The position numbers and the translations under genes are program-made. Below are positions 25,653 through 38,268 of a stretch of DNA of 64,000 bases, piece by piece. The first letter of the stretch is position 1. Each line of letters begins with the position of its first letter. Source of the stretch: Octopus sinensis. Lineage: Eukaryota. The stretch lies in NCBI RefSeq assembly GCF_006345805.1, contig NC_043000.1, positions 60,822,001-60,886,000 on the forward strand, in the 5' to 3' direction. Below the pieces are notes generated by a model. It had not been told where the DNA came from. It saw only the letters and a program-made list of their open reading frames with translations, and did not search any database.

Positions 25653-26479
25653 ATATTTATTTTTATTTTTATTTTTTATTTATATGTACATATATATACA
25701 CACACACACACACACACGTGTGTGTGTATGTATATATGTATGAATATATCAGTGTATATTTTTTGTCAATATATATATATATATATATATATTACAGAAG
25801 GATGTAAACATCAACTAGAAAATCTAAATAATTAAGTAAAAATAGAAAGGTTGTTTTTGAATGACGGTATTCATTGATATTAGTTCTGTACCAAGGTAAA
25901 CATTTGCCTTAGTCAGTCTCATCATCATAGATGCAATGAGCCAGTGATTGACTCATTGGAACCTGTAAATAGTGATACTATTGTTCACTAATTGCAATAT
26001 CATATGATCATGTGATTGACCAGATTATTAGATGTTTTATACATTGCTGGTCACAATGCACTTTGTGTTGTTTTAGCTTTTGGATGATGCTGCCCTGCTA
26101 GCTAGGTGAGCAGGCCAATATTGTCCCTGACTGGAAGACTAGTCCATTGCAGGGTTACCCATTTTCAGCTGAGTAGACCTGAGCAGTGTGAAATAAAGTG
26201 TTTTGCTCAAGAACACAATGTACCACTTAGTCCAGGAATCAAATCCATGATTAGTGATCATGAATGTAACACCCTAAATACTAGACCATGCACCTTAAAA
26301 ATTGCAATATAAACTAAATAAATACACTAAAAAGCCAGTTTTAAGTCAATTATACAGAATTGTTCAAATTGGGCTCCATGCCAAGAGAGGGCCTTGTGCA
26401 CACACTTGAACAGAGGATGCTATGATGAATTTTTAGTACATCATTATGACTGGGGCTGGTGTACTACAAAGCATAACAC

Positions 26480-26640
26480 ATCAATCTTTAACTTTGCACT
26501 TCCTAGTGCTGGCCTTGCTCAGGGTTGTTGAAACATGGAATAAACTACCTTCATCAGCTGTTAAATCTGAAAACTCTGCGTCCTTCAAAAATTCTACACT
26601 CCCCAAAATTGACCAACACTACTCCTGATGTGTCTGCATC
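26480..26640 (+). mobile_element. CR1/L2-type LINE 3' fragment
   Basis: RVVETWNKLPSSAVKSENSASFK matches the CR1-group terminal motif RVV..WN.LP..VV.A.S...FK. Confidence 0.55.
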
Positions 26641-27790
26641 CTTTCCTCTGTATAGCTCTTTTGCAGTTCACTTTTCTATTTTCTTGTATTTTGTCCAGTG
26701 TGTTATGCATATATTGGCTTATCAGCCAAATTCAGTTGTGTTTTCTGGGTTTTTCGATTTATTTTAATTCTGTTCAATGTTATTTGAATTAACATAAAAA
26801 ATATTTTTATTGTAGTTTCAAGGTTTTTCATAGCTCTATTTTACCTCTACATCTTCTCTGAAGTTTGAATAAATTTTATCTCTTTTCCTATACGATGATG
26901 AAGTGCCAAGTAAGAAAACAAAAATAAAAAAAAAATGAATGACTTTATCTGACAGTCTGATACTTTCAGCGATCATTGCTGTTTTTTTTTCTCTATTTGG
27001 TTTATTGTTACTTCTTTCCATTCTTTTACTCTTTTCAAATAAGTTGTGCATCTGAGCAATGTATACAATAAGTTTATGATTCTATATTCTGATTTTTGGT
27101 GTTCATCCATCACAGCTTTAAAAAACACTGTCACAACTGTACCATAAATATTTTTTTGCTACCAAGAGTGTGTGACATGTTCATCTGATTTCTTCTATTC
27201 GTTGAAATGAAACCAGAAGATTCAAGTTGATTTTATGTTTGGGATAGTCCATAAGGAACTGTTGCTAAGAGTACTGCTGTTTAGCATCAGGTCATCTCTG
27301 ATTGAGTAGACCTATGAACAAATGTATTCCAGTCTTGATCACCCCATTTTTTCCTTTCAAATATAATATATCTCTGACTAAACAGTTCAATGTATCTTTT
27401 TAAAATGGTAGTGTACGAATTTTGATAAAAATTTGGTTATCATTTCTAGTAAATCAAACAACAGGGCAGAACTGGGGTAATGGGAGAGAAAACAACTCAG
27501 CCTTGGATGCAATTCTGTTTGGTTTCAAATGTTAAAATGTATATTGAAGAAATATCCAAACTACATCTGTCACAATCTTGAAGACCAAACAAGTAAATTA
27601 ACGTAAGTTGCATATCTATGAATTTGTAAAATGAAAAATTCCTAATTTTTCTTAACAATGCACATACTTCCACCACAACTCCTTATAATTCACCACTAGT
27701 ACTTTGACATTTAAAAGGTTTTGGTCTTAGCAGTACCATTGGCTCCTTTGTCTTACAATCTGGCACTTCTTCAAGCTTAGATGTCTGTCA

Positions 27791-27845
<55 letters not shown>

Positions 27846-28966
27846 TTCTGTTCAGAATTGCTATGAAATGTTCTTAGCCACCCCAGAACTTGTGGTTGAC
27901 TCCCAAACTTACAGAATCTAGAACAGTCTAATTTTTTTCAACAATTATAATCAAAGCAGTTACATATTTATCTCATACCAGAGTTATAAATAGAGTTTAA
28001 TGGTCTGGCTTTTTATAATTGCATGTATATGTCAATGGATGGTGGGTGTTACCATTATTGACTTGGAGAGGTAAAAGGAAATGGCAGTTGAAATATTCCT
28101 GACTTTCACAAAGACATTTAATGATATTGGTGAAGTGAATTAGGTTATTGAAACTGGGTCATGGACTCAGCTAACCAACTTTTACCATTCATAGTGTTAA
28201 TTATATAGCAATCACCTTTCACTACTTACCTAACTTCTCACAAGAAATCACTTTTATAAGGAAATAAACGTGGCGTTTAGTGATAGTTATACCTTTTCCA
28301 AGAGTATTACTAATTCTAAGAAAAACGAAATCACTGCAACTATGTATGGAAACGTGGTTACAAAACATATTTCTCAAGAAAATTAACTTCTACTCTGTGA
28401 CATTCACAATTGGTCATATACTGCCATAAGTGTCTGCATGTGTGTGAGTTTGTTTATGGGGAATTGGAGTGAAGTGTGTGTTAAACAATATAACAGGCTA
28501 ATTACAATACCATTCTGCACAATTTCTGTATTGGAGATTTTTCGAATGGCAGGCATTGGATTGTTTGTATTTATTGGATTGTGAAAGTTGCCCTTCATAA
28601 AAATGGACTTTTGTGCACATGACACAAGATACGGCCATTTTAAGAATACGTCTGCTGTACATATTTAGATAGTTCTATGCATACTATTTCACAATAGTGA
28701 AGCTATGCAATAATAGAAATGTACTGTTTAATACACATGTACTTGCTGTACAATAATATTGAGATCTCTGAAATTTTTCATCACACACTGATAAACAGTA
28801 GTAGTTTTTTTACTTATTATATATTGATCATTCATTTTTATACTTTTTGAGATCTAGTTATATGTTTTATAAAAATTTATATTATTTGTTATTTATGTTT
28901 TGGTTTATGTCTATCACTGTTTGAGTTGCATAATAGTGGTTTTATCTCTATTATATATATATATAT

Positions 28967-29002
<36 letters not shown>

Positions 29003-31374
29003 TCTATTTAATAATTGCCTATTTAAATGCTGGCTGATTGGTTGGTTGATTTTTTCCCCACTCATGCTTTACATTGTATAGAGAGATGTGGAAAGAAAGA
29101 AAAAAAGAGAAATACAGAGAGAGTTAACATAAGAGGTGTAAGACGAATGCATATACTAGGCTAGGTGGCAGGTATACTACATAAACACACAGTCAGAGAG
29201 AAAGAATCATAAAGAGAGAGAAGGAAAAGAAGAGGGAGTAAATGATAGTGTAGTTAAGGGAGCTATACAAATGAGAAATTAGTTTTATCATGTTTATTTT
29301 AAAGTAATATTTTTTTTAAATGAATATACATCATTTTGTATAATCACCAAGGTATTTGATAAAAGTTAAATCATAATTGTTGTGTGAATGCCATGTTTCC
29401 TGATATTACCCATGGTGGCAAAGGTATAGTTCCAAAGTTATCTGTCATATGCTAGATAACACTCTAGAATATAAATATTCCATATATAAGATTACATAAA
29501 ATGTCAGGATCTAAAAATCATAATTACAAACTAACAACCAGCTTATTAATCATTCTAGACTCGTATAATACTCATGATCCCTTTTCTCATCTTTTAAATA
29601 ACATGTTGTTGTATATTGTATTGTCAAGTTAGAGATAGCTGAGATAGAAGAGAACCATTAAATAAACTACTAAGCTTACTGATTTTTTTATTCAACTGAT
29701 TATACTTTATTCTCTTCCAAAACTGGCTTAGTGTTTCTACTCATGTATTATGCATGCATTCTATGGATGAGAATATAAATATGTAATTTACTGATAGGGA
29801 TTTGTATAAGATTTGGCAATTGTATTAGAAGATTAGGTGACATATAAACAAGCTCTCTCAGTGGAGACATCATTTTATGATTGGTTTGGCCTGTTGCCAA
29901 CTTGTTTGTTATAGCATGAGATAGGAAGACTAAGGAAAATAGACCGAAGACCTCTCAACTTTGAGCTATCAGATAGGAGCTCAGATCATTTAGTAAATGT
30001 GCCCCAGCACTACTGGAACAAATAACATTGAAAGGTTATTTATGTATTATTTCAAATTGTACACATTTGTTAATAATTCAATCAATTCCTAAACAAAAAT
30101 GCAATGTGGTTTTCAGCAGGAATTTAACCATTTCACCACAGAAATGGATGGAAAATGATCTCTTTATGACTTAGAGGTTGTAAGGCAGCATTCATGACCT
30201 TTTCAGGATTCCAAGGTTGGTAGAGGGAGAATGAGGAAGAAAAACAAAACAGAAAACTCTACTAATTGGTAATCCTCAGACTGGAGTCCTGCTAAACTGT
30301 GCAACACAGTGGATCTACTACCCAAGAAGTCTACAGACTATTAGGGAATCTATTTCTCTTTTGTCTTTGAATTTAGTAAAGAAATTACTATCTACTTTAC
30401 TGAGACTTTGTCTCATTGCTGTATATGACTCATAATGTTTCTTTTCACTTGTAGCATTTTCATGCATATACCAAGCTAGATTGCTCATATCTAAAATAAA
30501 GGCTATAACTTTATTTATTAATTTCATAATATTTTATTGTTTGAAAACTCCACTAATTGTTTATTAGTTATACATCTGTTGTTCCATATTGTAATAGTCT
30601 GGATATTTTCATAACCTGATGGATCAAAATATCTATTCTTAAATATAAACATTCCTAGAGGAATTCTGTCTCTCTAGCTTATACAAAATATTAGTACCAA
30701 AACTCTGTAAATCAATAAATTTAAATTCTTTGCTTTTCTTCACAATTGCATCAGACATATATAGTTTTATAATAATCTGAATTCAAAAGCTGAACTTAAC
30801 ATTTGATGAAGACTAATTTTCGGTTACATTATCTAAACTCCTTGCCTGTCCTGTGTATCACATGTAATACACAGAACTTGGATCCATGAGTTATATATGA
30901 TAATACATTCCCAGGAAAGCTTCATGTTACTCAGAACAAAGGCTTGCAAAAAGTCTGAAAACAAGCATGGATGTTAGGGACAAACTTATGAAAATATTTT
31001 GGACAAGCAGAAGCCTAAAATTAATTTAGAAACATATTTTTGATGCAGTATAATAATCTGGACAATAAAGCTCTACGTAAGAAAACATATGCCATAAATA
31101 ATTGCTGGACTGTGTTTCAACCTTGTTTTGTCTCATCAACAACAATCCTTTCTGCTTGTATAAATTCTGTAGGTCACCAATATTTCCTATCTGGTGGCGT
31201 TAAGTTTAACAATACAAATGTAAGGTCATCTTTTCAGTGAGAGGAAAAAAAAAAAAGAAATATGTTTTCAAAGCTACAAAGTCACACATTTCAGAGTTTA
31301 AGCTTCTATAGTGCTCTAAAAATGTTACTGTTTATTAAAAAAATTAATTTTGTAAAAAAGATATGTAAACTTAC

Positions 31375-31489
31375 ACGGAGTCGCAAGAATCATAGCAGTC
31401 ACAATAAGAGCACATACAATGAGGATAACAAGAAGTGCGATCCCAATTCCACGCCAGTTTCGCTGATTCTGGGCATCTCCAACCAGTTC
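31375..31489 (-). CDS. DPP10: Internal coding exon of a DPP6/DPP10-like (dipeptidyl peptidase-like, S9B) gene: cytoplasmic juxtamembrane segment plus type II TM anchor
   Basis: Encodes [38 protein letters not shown], close to vertebrate DPP6 [38 protein letters not shown]. Acceptor ...tctgttatccccag (AG 31491-31490, phase 0); donor gtaagt (GT 31374-31373, phase 1); 115 nt. DPP6 versus DPP10 orthology cannot be resolved from this. Confidence 0.9.
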
Positions 31490-32134
31490 CTGGGGATAAC
31501 AGAAAATAGTAGGTATAGAAATTGTGACAAACAATAATAATAACAGAAGCAATATTAACAATAATAGAAGACATGTGGTGGTTACAGAAGATATATTTAA
31601 TATGTTTAGTAGTAGTAGTAGTGGCAGTGCAAGAACCCATTTAACTTCATGCCAGACCAGATCATGCAAACCTATGATCACAGGTATCCTAGCTACTGAC
31701 CATCCTGACTTTATGTTTTACCATGGATTACATTGTTCAATATACTGTTCCATATTTAAACAGTGGAGTGTAACTTGAGATATATTTGGGTGCTATTACT
31801 AGCAGATCAATTGACTCCACTGAGCAGGGGTGAAACGCAAATCTGTAAGAACCTGTAAGAGTTCATCTATGTTGAGAAAAAATAACAAATCTTTATGATA
31901 ACAACTTCATATGCATGAAGTTTATATATTAAATACTGTTTTAGTCTTAAGGTTTAACCTTATTTTCTTCACAAAGGTTTTTTGAAGCTTTGTGTATGTG
32001 CAAAACTTTCCCTTCCTTTATTAACTTAGAGTAGCAACCAGAATAAGCAGAAGCAGTAATAGTGGTCATAGTAGCAACAATAGGGGCAGTTGTAATAGTT
32101 GTAGTGGTAGTATTAAAATAAAAAATGCACCCTT

Positions 32135-32372
32135 TTTAAAACCTAGCCAGCCTCATGGGCCTGGTTTCTTAGTTTCCATCGCGTATGCGTTCCCCAGCTG
32201 GATGGGATGCCAGTCCATTGCAGCATTACTCATTTTTGCCAGCTGCGTAGACTGAAGCAATGTGAAATGAAGTGTTTTGCTCAAGAACACAATGCATTGC
32301 CCGGTCCAGAAATCAAAACCACAATCTTACGATCATGATGACACCCTAACCACTAAGCCACACACCTCCACA
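32135..32372 (-). mobile_element. tRNA-derived SINE family E; related copies at about 26130-26295, 35993-36302 and 43000-43120
   Basis: Shared ...gagcaatgtgaaatgaagtgttttgctcaagaacacaatgc...ccctaaccactaagccac segment. Confidence 0.65.
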
Positions 32373-33329
32373 GTAGTATTATTAGCGCAGCTAAATGGCT
32401 AAGTATTTAGCTTTGCAATCACAAGTTCCTGGGTTCAATCTCACTGTGTGACATCTTGGGCCAGTGTCTTTTTTTATTATAACTTTAGGTCTGTCCAAGA
32501 CTTGTGAGTGAAATCAAGAATTTTGAAGCTATGCAGAAGCCCACAAAGTTGGTTGTACTTGTAATTCAAAGGTCCACACAATATCCTGCTGATTTTCATA
32601 TCAATTTTACGAATAGGAAGTCTGTCAAAACCACTGGAGATCCATTAACTTCTACTGCTACTACTACTACTACTGCTGCTACTACTACTACTACTGAAAT
32701 TTTGTGGGGATGGGGTAAGTTGATTTCAATGACGCCAGGATACAACTGGCGCTTATTTCATCAACTCTGAAAGGATGAAAGGCAAAGTCAACCTCAAAAG
32801 AATTTGAGCTCAAAACATCAAGGCAGATGAAATGCCACTAAGCATTTTGTCCAGAATGCTAACGATTCTGCCAGCTTGTGGCCTTAGTAGTAGTAGTAGT
32901 AGTAGTAGTAGCTGCAGTAGCAGTATCAGCCACAGCAGTAGTATCAGTAGTAGGTGGAATTTGTAATGGTATAACAGTAGAAGGTGGAATTTGTAATGGT
33001 ATATCAAAAATAGTAATTGTAGTATTAACAACAGCAAGACAAATAGTAATTAATAATCATTAGTAGTTATAGTAATAATAAAATTTCCTTATTAGTCACA
33101 AAAATATTGGAAAATGATATTGCACTAAATGTGACATGGTACAAAACTGGAGTTTTATGTTCTCAAGAATATCAAATATACACCCAAAAGCAATTTTTTT
33201 TAAAACGGCATATAAAATAAATTACATGGTATTATTAGGTGTGGAGCCAACAGAAGCAGAAGTAGCAAATAATTATGCAGAAACTGCTGTAAATGTTTTA
33301 ATGAAAACAAAGAAAAAAGAATTTTCAGA

Positions 33330-33530
33330 ATAAAACATTACGAGGAAGGAAGTTGAAGAACTATCAAACTACAAGGATCTTGAAATGGAAATAAGCAGGA
33401 TATGGAGTGGGGGTATGAAAGTGAGAGAACAGCACCGGTAATAATTGGAACCCTAGGCATGGTGAAGAAGAATTTGAAGAAAAACATAAAAATTATATCA
33501 AGGCTCACTACTCTACATACTGTATTAACA
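33330..33530 (+). mobile_element. Small Dong/R4-like endonuclease-domain fragment (different family)
   Basis: LSNYKDLEMEISRIW and PVIIGTLGMVKKNLKK parallel the C-terminus of the 48-50.8 kb element. Confidence 0.6.
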
Positions 33531-33776
33531 AAAAAACAAACCAAAAAAAAAAAAAACAGAAAGAAAGAAAAAGGCTCTGTTTGCCACAGTTCACATCCTA
33601 TGCAAGACATTTTCTATTCAGTAGCACAATTCACACAGTAGACTTTCTGCTCAACTTGCTGAAGATACACTCTGCCTAATCATCACATAATAATGTATAA
33701 AACAAACATACATAACATACACTATACAATCACCATCTAAAAATATAACACAATCTTCACAGCTTATACACTAGAT

Positions 33777-34426
33777 CAGTGGGTTCTCAACTGGAGTCCA
33801 CATGACCCTTAAGGGGCAATATAAAATTTTGTAAAAATTTATGTGCAATAAGCTGGTTATAGCTTTACAATATACAAAATATTTTCATTTTTTTTCTACA
33901 ATTCCTAATAATATCTAATTATAAAAATATAATAGGCGTAGGAGTGGCTGTGTGGTAAGTAGCTTGCTTACTAACCACACGGTTCCTGGTTTAGTCCCAC
34001 TGCATGGCACCTTGGGTAAGTGGCTTCTACTATAGCCTCGAGCCGACCAAAGACTTGTGAGTGGATTTGGTAGACGGAAACTGAAAGAAGCCCATCGTAT
34101 ATATGTATATATATATATGTATGTGTGTGTATATGTTTGTCCCCCCCAACATCACTTGACAACCGATGCTGGCGTGTTTATGTCCCTGTAACTTAGCGGT
34201 TCGGCAAAAGAGACCGATAGAATAAGTACTAGGCTTACAAAGAATAAGTCCTGTGGTCAATTTGCTCGACTAAAGGCAGTGCTCCAGCATGGCCACAGTC
34301 AAATGACTGAAACAAGTAAAAGAGTAAAGAGTAAGAGAGGATTTTTTAAACTTTGAATGGCTAGGAGGGTCCACCCATGTAAAATAGGGATCAAAGGAGT
34401 CCATAAGCAAAAATTAGTTACCACTG
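33777..34426. mobile_element. hAT-type MITE containing a nested SINE
   Basis: CAGTGG...CCACTG ends. 8-bp TSD cactagat / ctctagac, matching the nTCTAGAn target of Charlie-like hATs. Confidence 0.65.
33935..34337 (+). mobile_element. tRNA-derived SINE, family A, young full-length copy
   Basis: A-box TGGCTGTGTGG and B-box-like GGTTTAGTCC, core ...ccttgggtaagtg...gtggatttggtagacggaaactgaaagaagccc, internal (TA/TG)n, tail ...gactgaaacaagtaaaagag. Confidence 0.8.
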
Positions 34427-34604
34427 CTCTAGACAATCACCATCCAATAATATAACATAATCCACACAACACATGCTCAACCCCATGGATCTCCAACAAC
34501 TGGGTTGTGGACCAGTGTACTGGGTCTTGGATCATTTGGCATGGAGCTGCATAGAAAGATTAGATTTAAAAATTTTATTTCTATTTCATTGACTAAAGGC
34601 AAAA

Positions 34605-34985
34605 GCATAGCTGTGTGGTAAGGAGTTTGCCTCCCAACTACGTAGTTCCAGCATCAGTCTCACTGCATGGCACCTTGGACAAGTGTCTTCTCCTGCAGCC
34701 TCAAGCCAACCAAAGCCTCATGAGTAGATTTGATAGATGGGAACTGAAAGAAGTCTGTCGTGTGTGTGTGTGTGTCTGTCTGTCTGTCCCCCACTACCAT
34801 TTGACAACTGGTGTTGATGTGTTTATGCCTCTATAACTTCGTCATTTGGCAAAAGAGATTAATGAAATAAGTACTAGACTTTAAAAAATAAGTACTGGGG
34901 TTGATTTGTTTGACTAAAATTCTTCAAGGCGGTGTTTCAGCACAGTCCCAGTCTAATGACTGAAACAAGAAATTCGATAAAAGAT
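34605..34985 (+). mobile_element. SINE family A copy
   Basis: Head, core and tail homologous to 33935-34337. Confidence 0.7.
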
Positions 34986-37900
34986 GGTCGCCTGCAAGGC
35001 ATTTTTGCATTATATATGTATCGTACACATAATATTATGTATTGCATAAATAATAATTTAATTATATATTATGCACCTTATTGTGTTTTGTTATGTACAA
35101 GATCACCTGGTCTGTGGAAAAATGAAACGAAGTCTGTGATACAAGAAAAAAAAAGGCAGGGGACCACAGCTCTGTGCAATCACCACACAAAGATATGACA
35201 TAACCCTTTCAATATACACTCTTCACAATAACAACCAAATAATATATAAAACAAACACAAATGGCATATAATCTAAAATTTAGAGTCTAAATAATCACCA
35301 GCCAATATAACATAGTCCACAAAACACATACTTTGTGCAATTACCATACAGCAATATGGCACAATACACATGAGACACAATCACCACCCAATTCTCCACT
35401 TCTGAGCTATATGACCCAACTTATGCATCATTGTCCTATGCAACAAACGGATGAAACATTAAAGTAACACCAGAAACAATTTAGTGGAGGTGCAATGGCC
35501 CAGTGGTTAGGGCAGCGGTCTTGCAGTTGGAGGATCGCGGTTTCAATTCCCAGACTGGGCGTTGTGTGTGTTTATTGAGCAAAAACACCTAAAGATCCAC
35601 GAGGCACTCCAGCAGGTGGTGGTGGTGACCCCTGTTGTACTCTTTTTGCTCCAACTTTCTCTCACTCTTTCTTCCTGTTTCTTGGGTAACACTGCAATGG
35701 ACTGGCGTCCCGTCCAGCTGGGGGGAACACATACGCCACAGAAACCGGGCCCATGAGCCTGGCTAGGCTTGAAAAGGGCGCATAGATAAATAAAAGAAAC
35801 AATTTAAGCAAAATCAATCTTCATTCTCCAAAATATAGGGTGGGCCAAAACAAAATAAGTTCAATATGCTCTGGAATTGTCAAAGACATGCATTCATTTT
35901 TCTATAATTGAATAAAATAAATAAAATAATGATGAATTCACATGTACTTGTACATGATGAACAAAATGAATAATAACTGGCACTCTTTTGGTTAAGATGA
36001 CGAGGGTTCCAGTTGATCTGATCAATGGAAAAGCTTGCTCATGAAATTAATGTGTTAATGGCTGAGCACTCCACAAACACATGTACCTTTAACATAGTTC
36101 TCAGGGAGATCCAGCATGACACAGAGTGTGACAAGACTGGCCCTTTGAAATACAGGTACTACTTGTTTTTGCTAGGTGAGCGGACTAGAGCAATGTGAAA
36201 TAAAGTGTCTTGCTCAAAGTCACAATGCATCATCAGGAATTGAACTCATGACCTTACGACTGTAAGCTGAATACCCTAACCACTAATCCACGTGCCTTCA
36301 CAATGAAAAATGAATAATGATAATAATAATAATGATGATAATGGTTTCAAATTTTGGCACAAGGCCAGAAATTTGGTGAGAAGGGAAGTCAATATCAACC
36401 CTAGTGTTCAACTGGTACTTATTTTATTGACCCGAAAAGGATGAAAGGCAAAGTTGACCTTGGCAGAATTTGAACTTAGAACATAGGGAGAGATGAAAGC
36501 TGCTAAGCATTTTATTTAGTATGCTAACAATTCTGTCGGCTTGCTGCCTAGCGAAATGTTTTGGTGCATGACTTTTGGCCCACATCGTACAATATTGCAC
36601 ACACCTCACACACACACAACAGAAAGTGCACTGGGTGGTGCAGCAGAAACTCATATCGGACTGTTGGAAACATGATAATTACAGTAATAATGTATTTCAT
36701 TGTCACAAGAGTAATGAATAGGGGACAGCAGGACAAAAACATAAAAACAGAAGTGGGGAAGGAAGTAATGTTACAATAATAATTGCAATAATAAAGTCTA
36801 ATATTTAATCTCCAACTAAATGTGATTAATGTTATTCAGTGTAATTACATCAAAGTAAAGTAACGTATCTTGGAGACTTTTTACACAACAAGATAAGGAT
36901 AATGTTCTGTGGAATGATGGAAACATGATGTTACCTAGGCAATAAATAGGGGTAATGGGAGTAAAGATGATGAGGAAGAAGATAATGGTAGCAAATAATA
37001 ATAATAATAATGATAATAATTATTTTTTATTAGCTAGAAGGGCCCATAATATTAATGGTCAATGTAAAGAAGAGATTGTGAATTTATTGATAGATTTGTA
37101 GAAGATATTGATGACAATGAAGGTGATAATGATGATGACAATGAGGATGAAATGTATTGTGATGCTGCTGAATATAATGGTGATAATGGCTATGATTGTT
37201 ATTGTTGATCAGAATCACTGCAGACTGCAAACAGTTTTGTGACCTAGAACCCTATATTGAAATACTTCTTGTCTGCCGTGACTCACAAATCAGGAATGTT
37301 GCCCATGGAATGGACCTTTAGAAATTGAACCTAATAACCAGAAACTCATGACTGGAACTTCACTGGTTTATTTATTTATTTATTTATTCATTTATCTGTT
37401 TATTTATTCTGATTTTCTTATTAGCTGGTATTGATAGCCTATTTGATTTGAACTGATTTTCAAGATATAGAACAAGCAGCCCCAGGACATAGTGAAAATA
37501 AATCTATAAAATAATAAATAAGAATAAAAAATATAAATAAAATAAATAAAAAGGGCTGAGGATGAGAATTTGAAAGGAGATTTCACTGTTAAATTAACAG
37601 TTTGGCTGATTTACAAATAATCTCAACCACTGGCATATTTTGTATGCTCATGTTGTTACTGTTGTTGTTGTTGATAGTGGTGATGGTGGAGGTGGTGGTA
37701 GTGCTACTGGTAGTGGGAAGTATTGGTTTTTTTTGTTGCAGTTGTTGTTTTGACACTTTTTATTTCTAAAGTTACAACTGATGATAAAGATGATTACAAA
37801 AATGGTTGTGATGATGATGGTGGTGGTGGTGGTAGTGGTTGTGCTTGGATGATATAACCAGTGATTATACGGATTAAGTTGATGGCAGCGGTGATTAATT

Positions 37901-38220
37901 ACACCAGTGATTCATCCTTTCATCCACTTATTCATGTCTTGTGGAATCAGTCAACATATAGTCATTGGGGGTGGGGGGATATCAGTTTGGGTGGGTATTA
38001 TTGGAGCATGTGGATATGTGTGTTTCTGGGGTATTGGTGATAGGGAGTAAAGTGGGTGAAAACTATTAAGTGGGTGGAGACATGGCTATGTGGTAAGAAG
38101 TTTGCTTCCCAGCCACATGATTCCAGGTTCAATCTCACTATGTGGTGCACCTTTGGCAGGTGTCTTATACAATAGTCCTGGACCAACCAAAGCCTTGTCA
38201 GTGGGTTTGGTAGATTGAAA

Positions 38221-38268
<48 letters not shown>

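Noticed and set aside
28400-28630. Unique-looking segment as a conserved enhancer or ORF
   Set aside because: No motif, homology or splice signal can be supported from the sequence alone.
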